Positions 22,372 to 31,486 of a DNA stretch of 64,000 nt are shown one piece after another (position 1 is the stretch's first letter; each line of letters starts with the position of its first letter). The position numbers were made by a program, and so were the translations under genes. Source of the DNA: Candidatus Falkowbacteria bacterium (GTDB lineage Bacteria > Patescibacteriota > Patescibacteriia > CAIXNZ01); the NCBI GenBank assembly GCA_963774955.1, contig CAVZGV010000006.1, positions 90,855 to 154,854 of the forward strand, read 5' to 3'. The notes under the pieces were generated by a model, which was not told the DNA's origin, did no database searches, and worked only from the letters and a program-made list of their open reading frames with translations.

Positions 22372-22600
22372 AAAAAAATCCCGTCCTAAAATATAATAAA
22401 AATTATATCTTGGGACGGGATTTCCCGTGGTTCCACCCAAGTTCCACAGTCCTCCGAAGCTCCAAAGGAGCGTAGGAGGGCCGAAGCACTCTTATTTAAG
22501 CTTAGAAAAATTTCAATTTAATGAAATTTATGCTCCGAAGCTCGAACTGAGTGAGAGCGTAGGAGCAAACGGTTGGTAGCCGTTTCAATCACTTTTTAGT
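22372..22600 (-). promoter_or_regulatory. T-box riboswitch (Thr) upstream of thrS
   Basis: Minus strand carries the T-box AACTTGGGTGGAACCACGGG...CCCGTCCC, an overlapping terminator ending GGGATTTTTTT, and an ACC (Thr) codon in the 5' hairpin loop. Confidence 0.88.
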
Positions 22601-22606
22601 AGTTAT

Positions 22607-22635
22607 ATTGTAAAACAATAAAATTTCAATGTCAA
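22607..22635 (-). promoter_or_regulatory. Sigma70-type promoter of the thrS leader
   Basis: TTGACA-N17-TACAAT. Confidence 0.8.
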
Positions 22636-22640
22636 ATTTA

Positions 22641-23768
22641 CTATTGAACAACCTGAATAATTATATGATCCTGAAAAAAAGGCATTTTCTTTGACCAGGA
22701 TGGAAAAAAGCTTATCTCGACTTTTTCAATATTGTCAAAATTTTCCAAATATGACTTCAAATCCTGCTGGCTCATACGAATTAATTTATCACGGTCCAAA
22801 ATCTGGCTATTTTCGCTGATTATCGTCATGCCCTTTATATTACTTTTGATTTGCACCAACTTATTGGCTAAATCCGTTTTTTCAATTTCATAAATCAACT
22901 GACCAGAAGAATCAGAGACTAATTGGTAATCAGAGGTTACCTGCCCATCCAGAGTTTTTTGGGCAAAAGTTTTAACCTGTCTTTCATCAAAGATTACGCC
23001 AATGACTTTTATCTTTAAATTTATTTTGAAATTAACCGCCTGGTCTCCTGCTTTTTGATTAAATTCCTTGGACACAACTTCTTTACTCAAGATTTTGGAC
23101 ATATTAAAATCAGCGTCTTTAACGGTCTGTTGCGCCAATTCATCCGAGTATGACACCACGGCCTTATCTAAATCTTCCTGGGTAATTACTTTAACTGACT
23201 GCCCCGAAGCCAAAAAGTCCGAAACAGCTTCTGCATAAACAAATTGCTGCATATTTTGGCTTAAGCCAGGAATAGTAAATTTAGTACCAGCAACTGCGGC
23301 TGTTTTTGTAAGATCATCAGGATAAACATCGGCGATAACACTGCCGTTGCCTGGGATGCCGACTTGATTTTTTAACCTAAATAAGATTCCGTCTGGTGAC
23401 AATAATCTGGTTTTAACTATCAAAATCTGATCAGCACTTAATTTATTAAAAAGCTTCACTTGACCTATAAACTCGCTGGACACCTGCTGACTGCCTGTAG
23501 CTATAAATTCTTTTTCTCCGCTCAAGGTTTCATTTATTATCTTGCCGGCAAAAATACCTTCTTCAGGCTTTTGGGCACTGGCATCTTCAACCATTATAAA
23601 ATTAAAGTCAGTACTGACTTCTTTGGCCCTTGGGGTAATAGTAATGTACGAATAGCTTAAGGTAAAATAAAAAACCACCCCGATTAAAATAACCGTCAAA
23701 ACTATAAAGCTGAAAGCTATTTTGCGATAAATGCTTAAAGGAGGATTAATGTGATGTCGATGAGGCAT
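22641..23768 (-). CDS. Single-pass membrane protein of unknown function (beta-rich ectodomain of the type often annotated baseplate-J-like)
   Basis: N-terminal TM, ITITP, DQILIVKTRLLSPDGILFRL, FTIPGL, ISFFPSW. Confidence 0.65.
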   Translation of the reverse strand: MPHRHHINPPLSIYRKIAFSFIVLTVILIGVVFYFTLSYSYITITPRAKEVSTDFNFIMVEDASAQKPEEGIFAGKIINETLSGEKEFIATGSQQVSSEFIGQVKLFNKLSADQILIVKTRLLSPDGILFRLKNQVGIPGNGSVIADVYPDDLTKTAAVAGTKFTIPGLSQNMQQFVYAEAVSDFLASGQSVKVITQEDLDKAVVSYSDELAQQTVKDADFNMSKILSKEVVSKEFNQKAGDQAVNFKINLKIKVIGVIFDERQVKTFAQKTLDGQVTSDYQLVSDSSGQLIYEIEKTDLANKLVQIKSNIKGMTIISENSQILDRDKLIRMSQQDLKSYLENFDNIEKVEISFFPSWSKKMPFFQDHIIIQVVQ

Positions 23769-23889
23769 ATATTTATAGGGTTAATTACTCTGATTATCAC
23801 TGTATCGCGGGATACCGCTTTACAGCATAAATCTTTAGTTTATAAATCATCTATTATTATACCATATTTCTTCCAAAAACCCAAAAAGA

Positions 23890-26800
23890 TTACATCAATT
23901 TGACAAATCGAACCTCTACCAGGCTATTCAGTTCTTTCTGTAATTCCTGATTATCAAAATCAGCGTAAAAATTAGTCTCAATTTTACGGAATTTTTGATC
24001 ATCGATTGGCACGGCCAAAAACACCTTATTTTTGCCGTTGGTTGTGCTTAAAATTTTATTTAATTTGACGATACTTTCAGCAGTAATCACCTTTTTGAAA
24101 AAAATGAAAAGATTGTTGGCCTGCTTTTGGACCTGCAAATTTAACTTTTTTAGCCTATTTTTAAGGTCATTAATAATTTCCAAAGAAAGAGTTTTAACCT
24201 CATTGCAAATAATTTTATACTCCCCATCTTTATTGGAAATGGTGCCGCTGATGATAACTACGCTATTTTCAATCCATTCTTCCTTTGTGGAGCTGTAAAC
24301 GCTTGGAAAAACAATAGTTTCAACGCTGTCATAAGTATCCTCAATTTTTACAAACAACATCATTTCCCCTTTTTGGGTGATTATTTTTTTAATGCTATTA
24401 ATTACACCGGCTATCCTTACATTACCCGTGCCCATACCCAGGCCCTTTTTAATATGCTGAGAAGTCAGAATATAACCCTCAAGTTCCGCCTGAAAATCGG
24501 AAAATGGATGTTCCGAAATATATAAACCCAGCAATTCTTTTTCCCATAATAATTTCTCCCGTTTTGATGTCTGCGTATATTTATCTAACTGCAAAGTATG
24601 TTTAATTTTCGTTTCCCCAAAGGAAAAAAGACTATTTTGGTTAGTATTAGCCTCCTGGTTGACTATTTTTATAAAATTTAAAAGTTTTTCCATATTCATC
24701 AGCATTTCGTAACGTTCACCAAGCTGATCCAGGGCTCCGCATTTGATCAGACTCTCCAAAGATTTCTTATTTAAATCCTTATCATTTACTCTAGACAGAA
24801 AATCCACCAACGACTGAAAAGGTCCGTTTTGTTTACGTTCATGAATAACGGCTCTGGTTATATTCATCCCGACATTTTTTACAGCTGATAAGCCAAACCT
24901 GATTCTCGGTCTGGCATCTTTGAGAGTTTCAGCCACTACAGTAAATCTGGTGAAACTTTCATTGATATCAGGCGGCATAACTTCAATGCCCATATTACGG
25001 CATTCACTGACTTCCAGGGCAATCCTGTCAATATCATTCAAATCAGAAGTTAAAAGTGACGCCATAAATTCCACCGGATAATTGGCCTTTAAATAAGCTG
25101 TCTGATAAGCAATCCAGGCATAACAAGCCGCATGTGATTTATTGAAACCATATTCGGCAAATTTTTCCATGCCGCTAAAAGTCTTTTGGGCTATATCCTT
25201 AGAAATATTATTTTTCAGGCAACCGTCAATAAAGTCCTTTTTCATTTTTTCCATCAAATCGGCATTTTTTTTACCCATGGCTTTGCGTAATGTATCAGCC
25301 TGGCCGCCGGTAAAACCAGCCATATCTTTTGATAATTGCATTACTTGTTCCTGGTAAACTATGACTCCGTAAGTATTTTTCAGTGAATTTTCCATAATCG
25401 GGTGGTCATAGGAAATCTTTTTATCTCCGTGTTTTCTGGCGATAAACTCATCAACCATGCCTGAATTCAAAGGACCAGGACGATAAAGCGCCACCATGGC
25501 AATGATATCTTCAATATTGTTAGGTTTTAATTGTTTCAAATAACGTTTCATGCCGGATGATTCCAGCTGAAAGACGCCGGTTGTTTCTCCTTTTTGAAGC
25601 AGTTGAAAAGTTTTCTTATCTTCTAGAGGCAATTTTTCAATATCAATTTTCTGGCCATGAATTTTTTCAATCGTTTCCAGGGTATTTTCAATAATCGTCA
25701 AGTTACGCAAGCCCAAAAAGTCCATTTTCAATAGGCCTAAATCTTCTATCGGATGCAAAGAATATTGTGAGACTATGGAATTATCACCGCTGGAAGCATA
25801 TTGCAATGGCAGATATTCGGTTAAGGGCTGGGGCGTGATAACCACACCGCAAGCGTGTGTAGATGAATGACGACAGCAACCTTCAAGTTTCTTGGCATTG
25901 TCAATCAATTCCTTGCAGTCAGAGCTGTTTTTGTATTCAGATTTCAATTCGGGAACTTTTTCTAAAGCTTCTTTCAAATTCATAGCCATAGGAATCATTT
26001 TGGAAATCTTATCGCAATAGCTATAAGGCAAACCCAAAGCTCTGCCCACATCTCTGATAGCCGCACGAGCGGCCATTGTTCCAAAAGTTACAATCTGAGC
26101 CACATGATCACTGCCGTATTTTTCCGAAACATATTTAATGACTTCATCACGCCTGGTATCGGCAAAGTCAGTATCAATATCAGGCATGGATATACGTTCG
26201 GGATTTAAAAATCTTTCAAACAATAAATCATATACCAACGGATCAAGATTGGTAATATTGGTCAGATACGCCATTAAACTGCCAGCCGCAGAGCCTCTAC
26301 CCGGCCCGACCACTATACCGTTACTTTTTGACCAGTTGATAAAATCCGCCACAATTAAAAAATAGGAAACAAATCCGGTTCTGGCCACGACTGACATTTC
26401 AAAATCAAGCCTGGCCAGAACATCTTGTTTCCTAAATTCCTTATTTTGATTTTTTATTAAAATTTTATTTTCATCTATTGCCCAGTCACCATGATCATTC
26501 AGCTCACCCCCATAACGCGAAATCAAACCTTCTTTACATAATTTTTTTAAATACTCCAGATCAGTGTAGCCCGCAGGCACATCAAAAACAGGCAGGATAT
26601 TTTGGCCAAAAGATATGTCCACGTCACACATTTGGGCAATTTTTACAGTATTACTGACTGCCTCCGGCCAAGCTTTGAATTCCTTATACATCTGATCAGT
26701 TGTTTTCATAGAAAGATCAAAGCCCATAAGAGTCATACGATTGGTTTCTGTTATTTTACGATTAGTCTGAATGCAAATCAAAATATCATGAGCTTTATCA

Positions 26801-27444
26801 TCTTCAGTATTGACATAATGAGTATCATTAGTAGCCACAATACCAACATTATTGGCTCTGGCTAATTCAACTAATTTTTCATTGACGATTTGTTGATCCT
26901 GGCTATTGGCATGAGACTGCAATTCCAGGAAAAAGTTTTCTTTACCGAAAATATCCAAATACTTTTGCAAAACTGCTTCTGACTTGGCCATGTCTTTATA
27001 AGTTAAAATAGCATTTGGTATTTCACCTTCCACACAAGCTGACAAACCGATCAAACCGTCAGAATGCTTTTTTAAAATATCCAAATCAATTCTGGGCTTA
27101 TAATAAAAACCTTCCAAATGGGCAATAGTCACTAATTTTAACAGGTTTTGATAACCGGTATTATTTTTTGCCAACAAAATTAAGTGATATCTATCTTCAT
27201 CGATTCTGGAACGTTTATTTTGGCGTCCGTACGGCGCAACATAAGTTTCCACGCCTAAAATCGGCTTTATCCCGGCTTTTTTGGCCTTTTGATAAAACTC
27301 AATAATGCCATACATTGAGCCATGGTCAGTCAGAGCCATTGCCTCCATACCGTCGGCCTTTGCCTTGGCAACTAAATCATCAATTTTAGCCAAACCATCA
27401 AGCAGACTATAATGGGAGTGAACGTGAAGCGGGACAAACTTCAT
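23890..27444 (-). CDS. dnaE: DNA polymerase III alpha subunit
   Basis: PHP motif LHVHSHYSLLDG, GRGSAAGS, MPDIDTDF, KMDFLGL, YGFNKSH; likely start at ATG 27444. Confidence 0.98.
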   Translation of the reverse strand: MKFVPLHVHSHYSLLDGLAKIDDLVAKAKADGMEAMALTDHGSMYGIIEFYQKAKKAGIKPILGVETYVAPYGRQNKRSRIDEDRYHLILLAKNNTGYQNLLKLVTIAHLEGFYYKPRIDLDILKKHSDGLIGLSACVEGEIPNAILTYKDMAKSEAVLQKYLDIFGKENFFLELQSHANSQDQQIVNEKLVELARANNVGIVATNDTHYVNTEDDKAHDILICIQTNRKITETNRMTLMGFDLSMKTTDQMYKEFKAWPEAVSNTVKIAQMCDVDISFGQNILPVFDVPAGYTDLEYLKKLCKEGLISRYGGELNDHGDWAIDENKILIKNQNKEFRKQDVLARLDFEMSVVARTGFVSYFLIVADFINWSKSNGIVVGPGRGSAAGSLMAYLTNITNLDPLVYDLLFERFLNPERISMPDIDTDFADTRRDEVIKYVSEKYGSDHVAQIVTFGTMAARAAIRDVGRALGLPYSYCDKISKMIPMAMNLKEALEKVPELKSEYKNSSDCKELIDNAKKLEGCCRHSSTHACGVVITPQPLTEYLPLQYASSGDNSIVSQYSLHPIEDLGLLKMDFLGLRNLTIIENTLETIEKIHGQKIDIEKLPLEDKKTFQLLQKGETTGVFQLESSGMKRYLKQLKPNNIEDIIAMVALYRPGPLNSGMVDEFIARKHGDKKISYDHPIMENSLKNTYGVIVYQEQVMQLSKDMAGFTGGQADTLRKAMGKKNADLMEKMKKDFIDGCLKNNISKDIAQKTFSGMEKFAEYGFNKSHAACYAWIAYQTAYLKANYPVEFMASLLTSDLNDIDRIALEVSECRNMGIEVMPPDINESFTRFTVVAETLKDARPRIRFGLSAVKNVGMNITRAVIHERKQNGPFQSLVDFLSRVNDKDLNKKSLESLIKCGALDQLGERYEMLMNMEKLLNFIKIVNQEANTNQNSLFSFGETKIKHTLQLDKYTQTSKREKLLWEKELLGLYISEHPFSDFQAELEGYILTSQHIKKGLGMGTGNVRIAGVINSIKKIITQKGEMMLFVKIEDTYDSVETIVFPSVYSSTKEEWIENSVVIISGTISNKDGEYKIICNEVKTLSLEIINDLKNRLKKLNLQVQKQANNLFIFFKKVITAESIVKLNKILSTTNGKNKVFLAVPIDDQKFRKIETNFYADFDNQELQKELNSLVEVRFVKLM

Positions 27445-27642
27445 AAAATGGATATTAAATAAATCCCAATTAAACAAATAGGGTTATTATATTTAAATTA
27501 TATCCCAATAATCAGTGTTTAACAACACTATTTAGTAATATATTAACAAATTTAATTACAAGGCTAAATTTAGCCATAAAAATATACAAAAATAATATAA
27601 TATAAAACCCCCGCGAGGCGGGGGCATTTTTAATTTTTTGTC

Positions 27643-28146
27643 TCAACCATTCAGATTGTCCAACTCCTCTCGAAATGCCCAATATAGTGGTTCATCCTTG
27701 AAAGAATTCCTGAGAATAGATGACCACATCATTGTTGCCTCCAAAGGAGCAATATGGCACATATAAGCGATTAATTTAGCACGATTAATTACCAATTGCT
27801 TATAAATTGCCATATTAATGGCTTCAGAATTCGCTTGTGATCTCAAAATCATGGTTAAAATTACTGCAGTTACCGCTATTCTGTCGTCTTCAGTAGCTGG
27901 TGAAGGTAAAATGGTATAGGCCCTAAGCAAGGCCATCTCCATGGTGAAAAAATGTTCACCGTCTCCGCCCATGATCATATTGGCATGTTCCTGCAAATCA
28001 ACAGGACTGAGCTTATAACGTCTGTACAATCTTGTAAAAATTGGGGCGAGATTTTTTTGTGCGTAAAACACTTTTTTCATCATCTGACGATATATAATCT
28101 CCGCGATTATTATTCCGCCGAAAATAATGATTGCCCTAAACAGCAT
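27643..28146 (-). CDS. Membrane-anchored hypothetical protein, paralog of 29084-29602
   Basis: N-terminal TM; shared AIYKQ..I..A.LIA...W.S.....FKD..L motif. Confidence 0.7.
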   Translation of the reverse strand: MLFRAIIIFGGIIIAEIIYRQMMKKVFYAQKNLAPIFTRLYRRYKLSPVDLQEHANMIMGGDGEHFFTMEMALLRAYTILPSPATEDDRIAVTAVILTMILRSQANSEAINMAIYKQLVINRAKLIAYMCHIAPLEATMMWSSILRNSFKDEPLYWAFREELDNLNG

Positions 28147-28255
28147 TTGCTATCCTCCTTTTCTTCTTTTGCGTTATAAACCAAACTTAGCGGATTATCT
28201 CTTTAATGTCAAATAGAAAAGCCCCAAAAGTTGGGGCTTTAATTTGTTATTGTTA

Positions 28256-28981
28256 TTATTTCATCACTCTTGCTTTGTTTTGCATAAGTCTGAGGATAAA
28301 TTTGGTTAATCTCTCAAACCAATAGCTGCTCAAAAACAAGAGGACAAAGCATCCTAGCCCCAAGGCTGAACCGAAGAAGAATTGCAAATGAAGGAAAACT
28401 ATGGCTACTCCTGCAAGCGGTAATAACATAAGCAGGTAAAACAAAACCTTTAGTAAGGGCCACGGAAGCTTGGTATCGACTACAAGTTTAATGCCAAATT
28501 TTTCCCGCAAATTTTGAATCAACATTCCCTGCAAAGGTTCAGGGGAATTAAAAGCTAAGTCTGGATTTTGGCAGCAGATCACCAAATGCAGACTCAGCAA
28601 ATCTAGGGCTGTTTGATCCCTGTGTGCCATTAAGGGCAAAACTTCGTTTATCAGCTTGCTCCATAAAGATTTATTGACGTAGATCAGAATGTCTATGACT
28701 GAAATTGCATACTCGATAGGCAGAGCATACAATTTTTCTAAAATGACTTGGAGGTCAGAAATTAGAAATATTTCGCCTTCTTCGAGTTTAGGAGCCAGCT
28801 CCCTCGCGTACCTCCACCGATCTCCATAGACGCTCTCGTGTTTTTTAGCCTCAGCCAAAACCCTGTTTCTGATAATATAATACGGCTTAAGAGTTACCAG
28901 CGCGTATATATATTCCAGTGGAGTGAATTTTGGCAGTTCCTCAGAGAAACGAAAAAGTTCCGCAAAAATCTTTCCCAGCAT
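28256..28981 (-). CDS. Hypothetical protein with two C-terminal TM helices
   Basis: 241 aa; AAGGAG site; own promoter and terminator. Confidence 0.65.
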   Translation of the reverse strand: MLGKIFAELFRFSEELPKFTPLEYIYALVTLKPYYIIRNRVLAEAKKHESVYGDRWRYARELAPKLEEGEIFLISDLQVILEKLYALPIEYAISVIDILIYVNKSLWSKLINEVLPLMAHRDQTALDLLSLHLVICCQNPDLAFNSPEPLQGMLIQNLREKFGIKLVVDTKLPWPLLKVLFYLLMLLPLAGVAIVFLHLQFFFGSALGLGCFVLLFLSSYWFERLTKFILRLMQNKARVMK

Positions 28982-29083
28982 CTGTTATTCTCCTTTTCTC
29001 CTTTTTACTTTATAAACCAAACTTAACAAATTATCTCCTTAATGTCAAAAAAAAGCCCCGGATAAATCGGGGCTAAGAGATAA

Positions 29084-29602
29084 TTACTTCTGCAATTGCA
29101 AGGCGAATTCTTTCCTGATATCCGCACTCAATTGTGGATCCTTGAACGTAGAATCGATATAGGAATTCCACAACCTTACATTATAAGAATTGGTCATAAC
29201 CAAAATTCTGGCAATAAGCCTTGCCTTATCAATTTGCTGTTGTTTATAGATTGCTTTCAGCAAAACTGCAGCAATATTTTTTTTATACAGCAATAAAACA
29301 TGTAGAAGCAAGGCGGCCATAGCCAGCATTGAGTCCTCATCTTCTTTTTGGCAAACGAAAGTAACTATTTTCTCTACCACTGCCTCAGCTTGATTTGCCT
29401 GCCCTTCATACTCTTTCCAGCCAGAAATAGCATATTGGTGTATTTGAGGCAGATCCATTCCATAAGATTCAGTCTCGGCAAATAGCCTTTTAAGATGCTT
29501 AATCCCTTGCTGCTCTTGTTTTTTGATACTAATCTTTATGAAAAGAGCTAGAACCAACAACCCCAGACAGACGCCTCCGACAATAAAAGCCATAGTAATC
29601 AT
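29084..29602 (-). CDS. Membrane-anchored hypothetical protein, paralog of 27643-28146
   Basis: N-terminal TM; AIYKQQQIDKARLIA...WNSYIDSTFKDPQL. Confidence 0.7.
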   Translation of the reverse strand: MITMAFIVGGVCLGLLVLALFIKISIKKQEQQGIKHLKRLFAETESYGMDLPQIHQYAISGWKEYEGQANQAEAVVEKIVTFVCQKEDEDSMLAMAALLLHVLLLYKKNIAAVLLKAIYKQQQIDKARLIARILVMTNSYNVRLWNSYIDSTFKDPQLSADIRKEFALQLQK

Positions 29603-29735
29603 CTGCTCCTCCTTCCCTTCCTTAAAGACTTGTTGAACTTAATAAATCTAACAAATTACCGTCTATAAGTCAAACCATAAATCTTTTCCCTCGATTGCCT
29701 CTATTTTCCTTTAATATTCTCCTTGTATTTTCCTA

Positions 29736-30587
29736 TCACAATCTCGAAACAATTTGAGCCAGTAGAAAACCCAAAAGTGTCCCCAATACTATCGGAGGCA
29801 AACCTGGCGTTGGGTGTCTTTCCTTTTGAGTAATAAAAATTATATACAAAAATATAAAACCCAAAATTGCGCCCAACCCTGTAATCAGACTGGTCAACAA
29901 ACTAATTTGCAGGCAGGAAACCACAAAAATGGCCGGGATGGCCAGATCGCCGGTGCCTAAGAACATAAATTCAGTTTCCGGACTGACAGTCTTTAATTTT
30001 AAAAATAAACCATGGTATTTTTGAGGAATAATGATGGTAAAATACACTTTAGATTCAGCCAGACCGTGAAACATCGTAACCATATGTTTGGTTTTATATA
30101 CCGCCCAATAATCATAAACTGCCAAAAACAAGAGAATGAAGATAGCGGCGCTGGGAGAAATATTAAATCCAAAAATCACGGCAATTGCTGCCAGAGAAAA
30201 AATAATTAAAATATTGTGAATCAGCACATTTTTATAAATCAGCCAATACAATAACAATATAGCCAGCCAGACTAAATTGTAAGGATAAACAAAATAAGCC
30301 TGGCCAAAAAGCCAGAGGCCTTCCAAAATCGCCAGATAAAATAAAACTTTAACCAGCCAGGACTTTTTTATGTATTTTAAAATCAAAAACAAAATTAAAG
30401 AGGCCAGAAGGAATGTAATGATAAATTCCCAGGCTGCCCAGCCATTCGCCCTTGTCTGAACTGACATTGCCGGTACCAATTGGCCTAAATTCAAAGCCAC
30501 GCCAATGGCCAAAAACATAGTCAAGGCATAGCAAAAAAGTTCAAATATAAAACTGAAATTTAAAAAATGTCGCCAGGTTAATTTCAT
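29736..30587 (-). CDS. Presenilin/signal-peptide-peptidase family (GXGD) intramembrane aspartyl protease
   Basis: YD motif LAVYDYWAV, LGTGD, PAL-like PGLPP, about 9 TMs. Confidence 0.88.
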   Translation of the reverse strand: MKLTWRHFLNFSFIFELFCYALTMFLAIGVALNLGQLVPAMSVQTRANGWAAWEFIITFLLASLILFLILKYIKKSWLVKVLFYLAILEGLWLFGQAYFVYPYNLVWLAILLLYWLIYKNVLIHNILIIFSLAAIAVIFGFNISPSAAIFILLFLAVYDYWAVYKTKHMVTMFHGLAESKVYFTIIIPQKYHGLFLKLKTVSPETEFMFLGTGDLAIPAIFVVSCLQISLLTSLITGLGAILGFIFLYIIFITQKERHPTPGLPPIVLGTLLGFLLAQIVSRL

Positions 30588-30630
30588 ATCTTAATTATAA
30601 CAAATAATAAAAAAATGATATAATATAAAT

Positions 30631-31410
30631 ATGAATTTAATTACTGAAGAAAAAGAAAAATTTTCATATATCCCCTATATTATTTTTACTCTAGTTTTAG
30701 TTACAACCACTACGCTGGCTGCCTTTGTTTTGGCGGATAATGCTGATAAACTCATGGATTCCGACAATGACGGGCTTAGCGATTATGCTGAAAATAATAT
30801 TTATTATACGGCCTGGGACAATCCCGATACTGATAATGACGGCATTAATGACGGTCTGGAAGTAAAAAACGGTTATTCGCCCAAACAACCGAAACTAAAG
30901 ATGGACAAGGTTGATTCCGATGGTGATGGTCTTAATGATGAATGGGAAATAAGACTTGGTTCAGATTTAATGAAAAAAGATACCGATAATGACGGCTATT
31001 TCGATGGCACCGAAGTCATGAATAATTTTTCGCCTACAAGTCCTAAAACTAATAAAATTGAAAAGCGAATAGAGGTAAGTACAAAAACCTTGCGCTTAAG
31101 TTTTTATTTCGGTGATATTTTACTGGATAATTATCCTGTTTCCACCGGTAGAATAACGACGCCTACTCCTTTGGGCGAATTTTCCATTATTGCCAAATAT
31201 CCTCTGAAAAATTATAACAATCTGCCCAATACCAAATGGAACATGCATTTTGCCACAGTCAAAGGCCTAAGATATTATATCCACGGCGCTTATTGGCATA
31301 ATAATTTCGGGTTGGCCACTGTTTCCGGCGGCTGTGTTAATCTGCGTTATGAAGATGTGGAGAATCTGTATAACTTCACTCCAATAGGCACCAAAGTAAT
31401 TGTGGAATAA
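30631..31410 (+). CDS. L,D-transpeptidase (YkuD family) with Asp-rich Ca-binding repeats
   Basis: D(S/T)D.DG..D repeats, VSTG...TPTPLG, IHGAYW...SGGCVNL. Confidence 0.88.
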   Translation: MNLITEEKEKFSYIPYIIFTLVLVTTTTLAAFVLADNADKLMDSDNDGLSDYAENNIYYTAWDNPDTDNDGINDGLEVKNGYSPKQPKLKMDKVDSDGDGLNDEWEIRLGSDLMKKDTDNDGYFDGTEVMNNFSPTSPKTNKIEKRIEVSTKTLRLSFYFGDILLDNYPVSTGRITTPTPLGEFSIIAKYPLKNYNNLPNTKWNMHFATVKGLRYYIHGAYWHNNFGLATVSGGCVNLRYEDVENLYNFTPIGTKVIVE

Positions 31411-31444
31411 TTATAAAAGGAAGCCAAATTTACTATCTACACAT

Positions 31445-31479
31445 AAAAAACGCTCTCTGTCTTTTACAGAGAGCGTTTT
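31445..31479. terminator. Bidirectional intrinsic terminator
   Basis: AAAAAACGCTCTCTGT...ACAGAGAGCGTTTT. Confidence 0.75.
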
Positions 31480-31486
31480 GGGTTGT

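Noticed and set aside
22641-23768. Prophage, suggested by the baseplate-J-like protein and phage-like orphans
   Set aside because: No integrase, terminase, capsid or tail genes; the gene sits between dnaE and thrS like a resident membrane protein.
23890-27444. Intein in DnaE or GyrB
   Set aside because: Lengths are normal, with only short loop insertions and no splice-junction motifs.
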